NCBI GenBank assembly: GCA_021810455.1
Contig: JAJZIU010000001.1
Coordinates: forward strand, 4,613 to 68,612
DNA: 64,000 nt
Source: Candidatus Micrarchaeota archaeon
Lineage (GTDB): Archaea; Micrarchaeota; Micrarchaeia; Micrarchaeales; CABMGC01
Reading direction: 5' to 3'
Shown here: positions 1 through 9,073 of the stretch, one piece after another
Layout: every line of letters starts with the position of its first letter
Position numbering within the stretch: position 1 is the stretch's first letter
The notes under the pieces: model-generated
Told to the model about the DNA's origin: nothing
Databases searched by the model: none
What the model saw: the letters and a program-made list of their open reading frames with translations, nothing else
Program-made: the position numbers and the translations under genes

Positions 1-193
1 AAAATGCGTGTATGTATTGTATCAAGTATCCCTCGGCCCACGTCATTGATGGAGGAAAAATCAAACCGAAAAGGAAACCTATTGCGGATATTTCAAATAA
101 TCCCATTCCGGTTTTTCTCAGTAGTGCCAATGAAAGAAAGAATCCTGGAAGTACTATTGATAATAGACCTATTATTATAGGAGCCAGAGACAT
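1..193 (-). CDS. Partial integral membrane protein (N-terminus only; runs off the window edge)
   Basis: Hand translation from ATG at 193: MSLAPIIIGLLSIVLPGFFLSLALLRKTGMGLFEISAIGFLFGLIFPP...; GTGGTG RBS-like motif upstream; hydrophobic helices. Confidence 0.7.
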   Translation of the reverse strand, partial: MSLAPIIIGLLSIVLPGFFLSLALLRKTGMGLFEISAIGFLFGLIFPPSMTWAEGYLIQYIHAF

Positions 194-346
194 AAAACAC
201 CACAGAGTAGCTTATAATGGTTCAGATTATAACGTATGGTTGCACAAGCTTATTAAATCTTAGTAGGAGATTCATTTGCAAAGCTATCCGTATGCATTTT
301 ACAGAGAAGTGTTACACATTAAGAAGACAAAACTTCTGGTGAATCA

Positions 347-1450
347 TTGAAAAATAAAGTAGTGATTATAGGAGCAGGCACTGCTGGACTTATTGCTGCA
401 AAGCGTATCTCTAGATTTGGAATATCAACAATTGTTTATGACCAGAAAAAAGTACCCGGAACTCCAAACAGAGCGTCAGGTATACTTTCAATAAAAGGAC
501 TTGATGCTTTAGAAATAGGATATAAAAAAGCAGTAACAAACACACTGTATGGAGCAAGAATCCATACTGGGAAAGAAACTCTTGAGATAATTGCTAATAA
601 GCCAAAAGCTCACGTGCTTGACAGAAAAGTACTTAACGAAATATGCATGTATGAAGCAATTGACAATGGTGCAATTGTAAACACCGGAGTAAGAGCGGAT
701 CACGATATTGTTGGAGATTATGACATCTTAGTAGGTGCGGATGGAGCGGTGTCTTCAGTTGCAATGCATTTTAATATGGGTAGCATAAAGCGGTATGTAA
801 ATACTTACAAGGCAGAATTTGAAGTGAACGTTGATGATGCAAAAAGTGTGGATATAATTTTTAACAGCAGGATTGCAAATGGATTGTTTGGCTGGATGTG
901 TCCAAATTCAAAAGAGGTTTTGGAGGTAGGCATCGGAACTATAGGAGGAAATAGTAAACGTGCATTCGATATGTTTGTTAAAGACAAAAGGGTTTCGGAT
1001 GTTATAGGAAGAGGCAAGGTAATAGCAGAGGGAGCAAGCATGATACCCCTATCTTTAAGGGAAAAAATAGTAAACGGTGAAAAAAAAGTGATGCTCGTTG
1101 GAGACGCTGCAGGGCAGGTCAAGCCTTCCACAGGAGGGGGTATTATTTTTGGGGGAAACGCTGCGATTATTTTAGCAGATGTGATAAAGAAACATTTTGA
1201 ATCTGGAATGCCGTTGTATGAATATTCAAGAATTTACTCGAGTAGATATGGTTTGGATACAAGGATACACAACACAGTAAGTGCGATGTATTCTAAGTTA
1301 GATAAAGTAGGATTCAGTATGGCAATAAAAGTGGTAAAATTGCTTGGAATTGAAAAATTCCTTGCGAAATATGGTGACATGGATATGCCGAGTAATTCTA
1401 TAGGTATGTTGTTTTCAGAGGTATGGCCACATGGAAATAAAACATGGTGA
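347..1450 (+). CDS. FAD-dependent oxidoreductase, geranylgeranyl reductase family
   Basis: GAGTAG Rossmann motif, VGADG, LVGDAAGQVKPSTGGGI typical of the GGR family; GGTGA RBS before TTG. Confidence 0.85.
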   Translation: MKNKVVIIGAGTAGLIAAKRISRFGISTIVYDQKKVPGTPNRASGILSIKGLDALEIGYKKAVTNTLYGARIHTGKETLEIIANKPKAHVLDRKVLNEICMYEAIDNGAIVNTGVRADHDIVGDYDILVGADGAVSSVAMHFNMGSIKRYVNTYKAEFEVNVDDAKSVDIIFNSRIANGLFGWMCPNSKEVLEVGIGTIGGNSKRAFDMFVKDKRVSDVIGRGKVIAEGASMIPLSLREKIVNGEKKVMLVGDAAGQVKPSTGGGIIFGGNAAIILADVIKKHFESGMPLYEYSRIYSSRYGLDTRIHNTVSAMYSKLDKVGFSMAIKVVKLLGIEKFLAKYGDMDMPSNSIGMLFSEVWPHGNKTW

Positions 1451-1709
1451 AAATAGGTTTTATTTAGAAACACCACACGGAGATGCGGAGTTGCTTTATA
1501 AGATGGAGGAAAAGGTAATGGTTATGTATCACACATTTGTTCCAGAAGAGGAAAGAGGCAAGGGACTTGCAGAGGTTTTGACAAGAGAGGCTTTTACATT
1601 TGCAATAAAAAACGGATTCCTAGTAAAACCAGCTTGCACTTACGTACTTCATTTTGTAAAGACTCATGAAGAATTTAGGAAACATTCCACTTTCACAAAT
1701 TTTGAATAG
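1431..1709 (+). CDS. Small GNAT-family acetyltransferase (YjdJ-like)
   Basis: HTFVPEEERGKGLA acetyl-CoA motif, PACTY motif, 92 aa. Confidence 0.85.
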   Translation: MEIKHGENRFYLETPHGDAELLYKMEEKVMVMYHTFVPEEERGKGLAEVLTREAFTFAIKNGFLVKPACTYVLHFVKTHEEFRKHSTFTNFE

Positions 1710-1717
1710 GTTTTAAT

Positions 1718-3028
1718 CTGCACTTTAAAAAAATACTCGGTTTTTGGGATTTGTTTTGGTTAAGCGTAGGGGGAATGGTAGGCGTAGCCATACTTACTTT
1801 TGCATCATCAACTTATCAGTATGCAGGTTCATCGTCTATTTTTTCATGGATATTGGCAGGTGTGTTTTCCATATTTATGGCACTGATTTATGCCGAAATG
1901 GTAACTGCTTTTCCAAGCTCGGGTGCTATAGTAACATTTCCTTACGAAGCGTTTGGGAAAAATCGCATTTCTAGATATTTGGCATTTCTTGAAGGAACAG
2001 GATATTACATAGGAACTCTTTTTGGAATAGTGATATCTGCAATAATACTAGGTAGTTACATAAGTCCGGTTTTTGCAACTGGAACATTTGGTTCATTTGT
2101 GATAGCAGAAGTTTCTTTGATATTCGCAGGTGTAATAAACCTCCTTGGAGCTAAGATAACAAGCAGGGTGAATCTTCTTATGAGCCTTGTTTTCATGGTT
2201 ATTTTTGCTTTGGTCATAATTCTTGGTTTCCACAACGGAAGCATAATGAATATGGTACCGTTCTTCGGAGGTAGTTCAGGTATAAGCGGTATATTATACG
2301 CCGTACCGATAGCTATATTGGCATATGGCTCGTGGACTGCAGTGATAACAGTTCCCGAAGAAACAAAGGATATGAAAAGTATGCCTAAGGCAATAATATA
2401 CTCTTTGCTTGTTGTAACAGTGCTTTATTCGCTCTTAGTGATGGCAACGTACATGAACCTTAACCAAAAACAACTGGAAAATACTTTTTATTACTACCCT
2501 GTACTGGGTCTTGTAACACTATTGGGTAATCACTTTCTGTTATTAGCTTTTCAGTTCGCAGCATTGCTTGCCATAGTAGCCGTAATGATTGTTATGATAA
2601 TGTCTAATGCGAGGATCCTGATGGCTCTTGGAAAACTGAAATTCGTTCCTAAAAATGTTGGTGTACTTAACAACAAGTCCATACCGGTATATGCAACATT
2701 ATTGTCTTTGTTCATACCGATGGTGCTTTCAGCGCTTCCATCATACTATTATCAGTATGTTATAATAGGTGCAATAATAGGTACAGGATTGCCACGCGTA
2801 ATAGACATAGCATCTTATATAAAACTAAGAAGAAGTCAGGGATACAGCCCGAGATACAGAGTCAAGTATGGGATGTTAGTTGCATTGATCGCATTTTTCG
2901 GACTTGCAATATCAGAATTATCATTGGGTATAAACGACCTTGAGTGGTCGTTAGTTGCATTAGCAGTGATGACACTTGTGTTTCTGATTATAGAAAAATA
3001 TCATAAAAAGTCAACTTCAACAATCTGA
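1718..3028 (+). CDS. APC-family amino acid permease
   Basis: About 12 TM helices, GGMVG, YAEMVTAFPSSG, PEETKD motifs; the conserved N-terminus extends to an in-frame CTG at 1718 (ORF track starts at 1751). Confidence 0.85.
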   Translation: MHFKKILGFWDLFWLSVGGMVGVAILTFASSTYQYAGSSSIFSWILAGVFSIFMALIYAEMVTAFPSSGAIVTFPYEAFGKNRISRYLAFLEGTGYYIGTLFGIVISAIILGSYISPVFATGTFGSFVIAEVSLIFAGVINLLGAKITSRVNLLMSLVFMVIFALVIILGFHNGSIMNMVPFFGGSSGISGILYAVPIAILAYGSWTAVITVPEETKDMKSMPKAIIYSLLVVTVLYSLLVMATYMNLNQKQLENTFYYYPVLGLVTLLGNHFLLLAFQFAALLAIVAVMIVMIMSNARILMALGKLKFVPKNVGVLNNKSIPVYATLLSLFIPMVLSALPSYYYQYVIIGAIIGTGLPRVIDIASYIKLRRSQGYSPRYRVKYGMLVALIAFFGLAISELSLGINDLEWSLVALAVMTLVFLIIEKYHKKSTSTI

Positions 3029-3387
3029 CCATCGGTTAAATGCAGTGAGTCTCTAAGACAAATACCAGAGATGAGTTCTATCTCTTCCTTATGCGATGAT
3101 CTGTTAGGCATAAGTGCAGCACATTTGTTCCCATAAAATGATACTTTGTATGAAAGTACATCACCTAGAATCTTGCCGTTATGCTCGAAACCGTTTATGG
3201 CTATTGATTTTGAATCGTCAATGTTATTTAGTTTTTTTATTTCCGAACTATTTAATTTTATGTTCAGTGTGCCAGGATACGGAGTTATGCCAAGTTTATC
3301 TTTGAATTGAATCTTATAGCCATCTAACATAACATAGTAAGCACCCTCTTTATTTCCCGAAACAACTGTGCCTTTTATTTTTTGCAT
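3001..3387 (-). CDS. ribK: CTP-dependent riboflavin kinase
   Basis: GTVVSGxxEGAYY and PYPGTLN motifs. Confidence 0.9.
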   Translation of the reverse strand: MQKIKGTVVSGNKEGAYYVMLDGYKIQFKDKLGITPYPGTLNIKLNSSEIKKLNNIDDSKSIAINGFEHNGKILGDVLSYKVSFYGNKCAALMPNRSSHKEEIELISGICLRDSLHLTDGQIVEVDFL

Positions 3388-3405
3388 TTTATCACATTTC
3401 TATAT

Positions 3406-3491
3406 TGCGCCAGCCGGGATTTGAACCCGGGCAGCGAGCTTTTTCCGTTGAAATGGGAAGCTCGAATCCTACCAGGCTAGATTACTGGCGC
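3406..3491 (-). tRNA. tRNA-Gly(CCC) with 13-nt intron at canonical 37/38 position
   Basis: GCGCCAG/CTGGCGC acceptor stem, CGAGC/GCTCG anticodon stem, TTCCCA^TTTCAACGGAAAA^A, GGTTCAAATCC T-arm. Confidence 0.93.
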
Positions 3492-3499
3492 TTGTTCGT

Positions 3500-4009
3500 T
3501 TAAGATACGCCATCCTTTTTTAGAAGTTTCTTGCCGAGCTCCTCCCTATTTTGCATATCTTTGAGCACCTTATCGTAATCCTCTTTGTTTAATACTTTAC
3601 TTAGTATGTAATTTGAGTAAGTGACAGATATCTGGGTTATGTCTAATAGTATAGACTGCAGATCACTATGCTTTAACACGTACTCCTTTTCCGGTTTTAA
3701 TATTTCTACACCGGCAGGTATGAACGTGAATGCGAGATTTATTAATGATGCAAGATTTTTAGCAAGTATAGTTACCACAGCGTTTGTAGAATACAAATTG
3801 TCTACTTTTATTGGTTCATCTATGCTTCCAAAACAGTATACAACTCCGTTGCTTTTCAGCAATCTGTTATTTATTAGATCTGTCATCAACGGTTGCAGAT
3901 CATCTTTGTTTTCACTCTGCATATCAAAATACATTTTTGCAAGCAGACCGCCCTGCGAGATGGTTTTATCAGTGAGTTCTTCTACCTGAGATTTTGGCAT
4001 CTTATTCAC
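3500..4009 (-). CDS. Hypothetical protein
   Basis: 169-aa ORF coupled to hisS; no motif recognised. Confidence 0.7.
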   Translation of the reverse strand: MNKMPKSQVEELTDKTISQGGLLAKMYFDMQSENKDDLQPLMTDLINNRLLKSNGVVYCFGSIDEPIKVDNLYSTNAVVTILAKNLASLINLAFTFIPAGVEILKPEKEYVLKHSDLQSILLDITQISVTYSNYILSKVLNKEDYDKVLKDMQNREELGKKLLKKDGVS

Positions 4010-5279
4010 CTTTTATAATACTTAAAGCTTCTTCGACAGTTGCCATTCTTTCCTCTCCACTATACATATTCCTTATCTTTACCATATTTTGTTCCATTTC
4101 CTGTTTGCCTATTATGATAGTGTAGGTCACACCTAGGCTGCTAGAGTGCTCTAATTGCTTAGAAAGATTTCTTTTTGTTACTTCGAAATCAACGTACACC
4201 CCAGATGCCCTTATCCTATTTGCTACAGTCATAGCGTACTTCATGTTTTCTTCGTTTATGTATGTCACATATACATCAGCATATGTTTTCTGTTTATCGC
4301 TTTGGTATAGTAGGTTGAATATTCTGCCGATGCCAAGAGACATACCAACAGCAGGAGTCTCCTTTTTAGAGTATATGCCTATGAGGTTATCGTATCTTCC
4401 CCCGCCGCCAAGAGATGGGAGTCTCTTTTCCCCTTCGTAAGCTACGAACTCACATACGGTGCTCGTGTAATAGTCAAGGCCTCTCGCAAGAGACAGATCA
4501 AGTTGTATGGTACCATTCAGATTGTATACAGACAGTAAATCTAGAATCTTGTTTATTCTGTCGAGTTCGGGTTTTGTATCAGGGATGTTTGTGTTCAGTT
4601 TTGATAAGATCTCTGCATTCGAAGATTTTTCGAGTATGAAGTTTATAATTTTCTCAGAATTTTGTTGGTCTATTTCATTTGACTTCATTTCTTCTATTAC
4701 ACCAGACACGCCTATTTTGTCAAGCTTGTCTATCGACCTTATTGCCTTTTGATGTTTTTCTCCAGGTATCTTGAAAAATGCGAGCAAGGCATCGAGTAGT
4801 ATCCTGCTGTTTATTCTTATTACATATTGTACCAGGCCCAATTTTTCAATAGCCATAGCCGCGGTGGCTATGACTTCTGCATCACTTATCGGCTCGTTGC
4901 TGCCTATTATATCGACATCCGCCTGCATGAACTCACGATACCTAAGTCTTTGTGGTTCATCTTTTCTCCAAGCATTTCCTATGTAATAGCGTTTGAATGG
5001 TAGGCGAATATCCTTGTTCATAGATACATATCTTGCTAGAGGAACGGTAAAATCATATCTCAAACCTTCTTCTCCGCCTTCGATTACGTAGAGTTCTTTT
5101 GTAGATTCTTCACCGTACGCTTTTGCGCTTAAGGTTTCCATATTTTCTATGCTTGGAGTCTCTATCGGATAAAATCCGAAACGCTTGAAGATGTCTTCAG
5201 TGGTGGCGATAAGACTCTTTAAGAAAATCGTCTCGCTAGGGCCATAGTCTCTAGTTCCTCGAGGCGTTGCTATTGTCAT
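4002..5279 (-). CDS. hisS: Histidyl-tRNA synthetase
   Basis: PRGTRDY, LRYDFTVPLAR, RYREFMQ, LARGLDYY, GGGGRYDNL. Confidence 0.97.
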   Translation of the reverse strand: MTIATPRGTRDYGPSETIFLKSLIATTEDIFKRFGFYPIETPSIENMETLSAKAYGEESTKELYVIEGGEEGLRYDFTVPLARYVSMNKDIRLPFKRYYIGNAWRKDEPQRLRYREFMQADVDIIGSNEPISDAEVIATAAMAIEKLGLVQYVIRINSRILLDALLAFFKIPGEKHQKAIRSIDKLDKIGVSGVIEEMKSNEIDQQNSEKIINFILEKSSNAEILSKLNTNIPDTKPELDRINKILDLLSVYNLNGTIQLDLSLARGLDYYTSTVCEFVAYEGEKRLPSLGGGGRYDNLIGIYSKKETPAVGMSLGIGRIFNLLYQSDKQKTYADVYVTYINEENMKYAMTVANRIRASGVYVDFEVTKRNLSKQLEHSSSLGVTYTIIIGKQEMEQNMVKIRNMYSGEERMATVEEALSIIKGE

Positions 5280-5288
5280 TTAACCAGA

Positions 5289-5603
5289 TTACAGATTTTG
5301 GTTAAGCCACTTCTTAAAGCTCTCTTTTGGAACTGCGCCTACGGAAGTTGCCCTAACCTTGCCGTGATCAAAAAGGAGAGCGGTAGGTATGCTCATTATG
5401 TTGTATTTTGATGCGGTTTGAGGATTGTCATCAGTGTTCATCTTCGCGAATTTGGCTTTTCCTTCCAGTTCCTTTGAAACTTCATCCACTATAGGACTGA
5501 ATATTCTGCATGGACCACACCATGGGGCCCAGAAGTCGACCACGACAGGTACCTTGGAGTTTATTACTTCCTGTTCAAAGTTTGAGTCTGTGAGTTCCAT
5601 CAT
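5289..5603 (-). CDS. trxA: Thioredoxin
   Basis: DFWAPWCGPC active site; start probably ATG 5603 or 5600. Confidence 0.95.
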   Translation of the reverse strand: MMELTDSNFEQEVINSKVPVVVDFWAPWCGPCRIFSPIVDEVSKELEGKAKFAKMNTDDNPQTASKYNIMSIPTALLFDHGKVRATSVGAVPKESFKKWLNQNL

Positions 5604-5691
5604 ATAAATCACAGAGTAATTTAAAGCGTCCAGTTTTAATAACTTTTCCACAAGTCGATAAAGATTTATATAATTGCATTGAGATTCCTTA

Positions 5692-5748
5692 TGAGTGATG
5701 AGACATTGCCTCTGACTTGCGTATGATGAGGATCTTTAGTACTGATTC
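5692..5748 (+). ncRNA. Box C/D methylation guide sRNA
   Basis: C box GTGATGA 5695-5701, D' CTGA 5712-5715, C' ATGATGA 5723-5729, D CTGA 5742-5745; guides of 10 and 12 nt; TTTATATA box at 5665-5672. Confidence 0.85.
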
Positions 5749-5749
5749 G

Positions 5750-5971
5750 ATGGCCAGAATACCCAGTTCTTATATAAAAAAGATGCTCAGGGAAAGTTTT
5801 GGAGTTAATATAACAGAGGAAGGTGCAGAGGAAGTTGCAAAAATTCTCGAGGATAAAGCCAGGGAGATTTCAGAATATGCAGTTTTCAATGCTAAGAAGG
5901 AAAGTAGACTGAAAGTAACACGTGAAGATATTCTGGATTACATAATAAAGGGTTCTGATGGAAACTCTTGA
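5750..5971 (+). CDS. Archaeal histone-fold protein
   Basis: MARIPSSYIKKMLRE...ITEEGAEEV...AKKESRLKVTREDI matches the HMf-like three-helix pattern; ATG 5750 lies just after the sRNA. Confidence 0.8.
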   Translation: MARIPSSYIKKMLRESFGVNITEEGAEEVAKILEDKAREISEYAVFNAKKESRLKVTREDILDYIIKGSDGNS

Positions 5972-6527
5972 AGTATATAAGTGTGGTGTAAGATACAAAA
6001 CAGCATTGCATAAACATGCAGATAAGGATGAATACTATTTTTGCACGTGTGAAAAAACCGCAAAAGGTATACTCATTACTGAATTTGATGAAAAAGGAGA
6101 GCCGATAAATCAAGTGTATACAAAATATGGAGATCCGGAGTCTATTTTGAAAAGATATGTTTTATCTTATTGCACCGTACATAGTATTTTGGTCAAGGAA
6201 ACTCCGAGTTGCGAAAAAGTAAGATTGAAAGTTTTATGTACAAATTGCAACAGAAACGAGGTTTACAGGGAACTTGATCTGGTAGATATAAGCCTGGTGG
6301 GGGAAATCCCTGTAGTACCAATTTTTAGATGTGGATCTTGTGGTAAAAGGTATTATTCACTTAGTGATACGTATCTTAAAAAACTTGTTGATGAGAATAG
6401 AGGCCTATTTGAAAATGATGAAATAAAAATGAGGGAAGATAACGAAAAACTTTTCATAAATACGTTAAATGACAATATAATAAGAATCTTCGCTTCCAAG
6501 AAGATTAGCAGAATCAGTGTGAAGTGA
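5958..6527 (+). CDS. Hypothetical Cys-rich (zinc-ribbon) protein
   Basis: CTC, CTVH, CTNC and CGSC motifs. Confidence 0.7.
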   Translation: METLEVYKCGVRYKTALHKHADKDEYYFCTCEKTAKGILITEFDEKGEPINQVYTKYGDPESILKRYVLSYCTVHSILVKETPSCEKVRLKVLCTNCNRNEVYRELDLVDISLVGEIPVVPIFRCGSCGKRYYSLSDTYLKKLVDENRGLFENDEIKMREDNEKLFINTLNDNIIRIFASKKISRISVK

Positions 6528-6537
6528 TTTTTTGGTA

Positions 6538-6777
6538 ATGAGCATATCAGAATTGTATGGTAAGACGATAATATCAAATGATGGAAAGATACTCGGCAAA
6601 GTAAAAGGAGTTATGTTGAATCTGGAAGAAGGCGAAGTATCGCACCTCTTAGTTACTGACATGGAACAGCTAATGAGAAGCAACAACCCTCGGAAAGATA
6701 TTCAAAAAAATAGTGTCGCTTACAGTAGGGTTAGAAAAGTTTCTGAAACCATTGTAGTCGGAATTGGTACGGAATGA
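6538..6777 (+). CDS. PRC-barrel domain protein (CdpB-like)
   Basis: ISELYGKTIISNDGKILGKVKGVMLNLEEGEVSHL and V-x-Y-x-x-V-x-x-V-S-E-T-I-V-V pattern of a stand-alone PRC barrel. Confidence 0.85.
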   Translation: MSISELYGKTIISNDGKILGKVKGVMLNLEEGEVSHLLVTDMEQLMRSNNPRKDIQKNSVAYSRVRKVSETIVVGIGTE

Positions 6778-6912
6778 TTACTTTGTAGATACCTCTTTAG
6801 CAAGTGAGGATCTTTTTTTTGCAAGTACACGATATCCGCAGTAAGGACATCTTGTTGAATTCTTTTCCGGAACCTTTATCTCCTTTTTACAATGTGCACA
6901 CATGTAGCCCAT
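6778..6912 (-). CDS. rpoP: DNA-directed RNA polymerase subunit P (Rpo12)
   Basis: Not in ORF track; hand translation MGYMCAHCKKEIKVPEKNSTRCPYCGYRVLAKKRSSLAKEVSTK; expected position downstream of rpl37ae. Confidence 0.93.
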   Translation of the reverse strand: MGYMCAHCKKEIKVPEKNSTRCPYCGYRVLAKKRSSLAKEVSTK

Positions 6913-6916
6913 ATTA

Positions 6917-7279
6917 TCACTTCTTCAATGTAGTTTTTAACCATTTTGCAAACTCCTTATGAAGTGCAGAGTTGCTTGTGTCGATTACCCTTATGTTCAT
7001 AGTAGCTTTGTACTGTTCATCATTAAGAGTAAGTATGGGATTGTATTTATCCTCCTTGGCAAAATGTACTTCGAGCCAGTGGATCTTCCCTCTGAGATAA
7101 TCTTTTACTATGTCATCAGTCATTGGAAGTGATGAAAAACTAAACAGTATACCGTTGCACCAATAAAGAGGCATTGTTCCTGCAGGCGTAACACGTTCTC
7201 TAAGCAGATCATCCTTGTCCATAGAAACAGCTTCATGAACAACAAGTTCTTCCGCAGGAGAATACGTTATTCTTACCAT
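6917..7279 (-). CDS. Hypothetical protein inside the exosome superoperon
   Basis: Clean ORF between rpl37ae and rpoP; no function recognised. Confidence 0.7.
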   Translation of the reverse strand: MVRITYSPAEELVVHEAVSMDKDDLLRERVTPAGTMPLYWCNGILFSFSSLPMTDDIVKDYLRGKIHWLEVHFAKEDKYNPILTLNDEQYKATMNIRVIDTSNSALHKEFAKWLKTTLKK

Positions 7280-7319
7280 TTTAAACACTTAGATAGTATG
7301 AGTATAGCATATTATTATA

Positions 7320-7553
7320 TTATGCTCTTCCGCCAAGTATCCTCGCTACGCTCTCTCCGGCAGAAGTTTTGAGCGAGTACGCACCACCGGCAAATGTTGC
7401 GTTGCAATATTTGCAGTGCCATATTCCAGTGCTAACCCTTCTTACAGAATTCTTTCCGCAAAGATCACACTTGTACTTTGTGTTCTTCTGCGCTATTATT
7501 GTACGTTCCCTTTTGCGAAGATTAACTCCATACCTTATACTCTTGTTTGCCAA
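7320..7553 (-). CDS. rpl37ae: 50S ribosomal protein L37Ae (eL43)
   Basis: RYGVNLRK, CDLCGK, STGIWHCKYC, FAGGAY. Confidence 0.95.
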   Translation of the reverse strand: MANKSIRYGVNLRKRERTIIAQKNTKYKCDLCGKNSVRRVSTGIWHCKYCNATFAGGAYSLKTSAGESVARILGGRA

Positions 7554-8336
7554 TCAATCACCTATAGCATGCTTTATACTACTTCTTAGTTCTGCTGATT
7601 TATTAAATGTCATGTCTATCATCTGGTCTAGTTCCTTTGGTGTGAAGGATCCCCCTAGTCCCTTTTGCATGGCCCGTATATACTTTTCATCATTTGCTAT
7701 TGTTAATCTGACATTTGAAAATGCCTCTTCGTTTCCATCAGGATCCAATAGTATGTGGCCTGCAACCTTTGCGAACGTGCATGATGTTGAGATGGCATTT
7801 ATTTTAAGTTTGCCCATGTTTTCTCTTACAACCTTCTCGTCTTCAAAGCGTGGCATCTTTGAAGTTGACAATGCAGCGATAGCCGCCAGCGTGCCAGCAT
7901 CAAATATATTGCCATCGTAATTTACAGCGTATATGTCTATGTAAGCATTCCACACCTTCTCTTCGTTTATGTAAAGGCTCTTGGTGTCAACAACGTTTGC
8001 CGCCCTTATACCACGATCAATTACACGGGATATCTCTATAGCTTCGGGAGTTGGTGGGCCTGGCTCATATTTATCTGATGCCATAGGGGATAATTCAGCT
8101 GATGTAATTATACTGCCTTCTTCGGGTTTATCTTTGAGTGGAGTTCCAACATCCACCTTAACTCCAGCTATTACAGTGGTATTACCCAAAGTTACTTCTG
8201 CAGATCCTTCCGCATTTGGCATATTTCCTGTTTTGATAGTTATGTTTCTGTATGTGAACGGACTCCTGCTATCGTCTCTCAGTCCATTTTTTAGCCTTTC
8301 GCGTATGTATTCTTCAGTTATTATTTTTGTATACAT
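7554..8336 (-). CDS. rrp42: Exosome complex subunit Rrp42
   Basis: RNase PH fold, AEGSAEVTLGNT, EPGPP, YDGNIFDA. Confidence 0.95.
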   Translation of the reverse strand: MYTKIITEEYIRERLKNGLRDDSRSPFTYRNITIKTGNMPNAEGSAEVTLGNTTVIAGVKVDVGTPLKDKPEEGSIITSAELSPMASDKYEPGPPTPEAIEISRVIDRGIRAANVVDTKSLYINEEKVWNAYIDIYAVNYDGNIFDAGTLAAIAALSTSKMPRFEDEKVVRENMGKLKINAISTSCTFAKVAGHILLDPDGNEEAFSNVRLTIANDEKYIRAMQKGLGGSFTPKELDQMIDMTFNKSAELRSSIKHAIGD

Positions 8337-9073
8337 TATAAGTACCTCTCTTCTATTTTTTCGTATGGCTTCTTCAGAGCGTCTATCTGCAACTGTGAGA
8401 TGTAACTGCCCGAGTTTATTATCATATTTAAAGCTGTGTCAAACTCATCCTTAGTAAGGTTGCCGTCCATCTGAAGAAGTGATACTTCTTTTTTTCTAGG
8501 ACATATTGCAACAGGTACATCGGCATCTGAATAATTGTCTTCTATCTTGTTAAGATCCAGGATTACCGTATCACCAACCTTGCCTGCAGAAACGGCATAA
8601 GGCAAATCGCGCATGGGTATGCCAGACGCGGCCAAAGCCACTGCAGCACAGGTTATTCCTGCAGCCCTCGTTCCACCATCACTTTGCATGACTTCTATAT
8701 ATATGTCTATTTCACTTCCAGGAAACTTATTCAGAAGTATGACATTTTCAAAAACCTCAGCAGTAACTTTTGAGATTTCGATTGCGCGCCTGTTCATGCC
8801 TGGTTTCCCGTGTTCTTCTACAGAAGAGAAAGGAGCCATAGTGTATCTACACTTTATAACTGCTTTCTCAGGATCTGAAGTGTGTTTTGGCAAAGCTTCC
8901 TTTGGCCCATAAACAGCAGCAAATATTTTATTTGCACCCCATTCTATGTACGCAGATCCAGCAGCATTCCTTATAGGATTTGCAACTATGCTTATAGGTC
9001 TTAGTTGATCCGCAGTCCTTCCGTCAATTCTTTTTCCATCAATCATTAATTCTACTTTGTCCATCTTCCTCAC
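8336..9073 (-). CDS. rrp41: Exosome complex exonuclease Rrp41
   Basis: RIDGR, GSAYIEWG, AAVYGPKE, QSDGGTR; start may be ATG 9064. Confidence 0.95.
   Translation of the reverse strand: MRKMDKVELMIDGKRIDGRTADQLRPISIVANPIRNAAGSAYIEWGANKIFAAVYGPKEALPKHTSDPEKAVIKCRYTMAPFSSVEEHGKPGMNRRAIEISKVTAEVFENVILLNKFPGSEIDIYIEVMQSDGGTRAAGITCAAVALAASGIPMRDLPYAVSAGKVGDTVILDLNKIEDNYSDADVPVAICPRKKEVSLLQMDGNLTKDEFDTALNMIINSGSYISQLQIDALKKPYEKIEERYL

Noticed and set aside
12..263. 83-aa + strand ORF
   Set aside because: Antisense shadow of a membrane-protein gene starting at 193 on the minus strand
5717..5749. N-terminal extension of the histone ORF
   Set aside because: Occupied by the C' and D boxes of the sRNA; the histone fold begins at 5750
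7369..8912. Long + strand ORFs opposite the exosome genes (and similar antisense ORFs throughout, e.g. 50234-50836)
   Set aside because: Codon-mirror shadows of well-supported genes with no recognisable motifs
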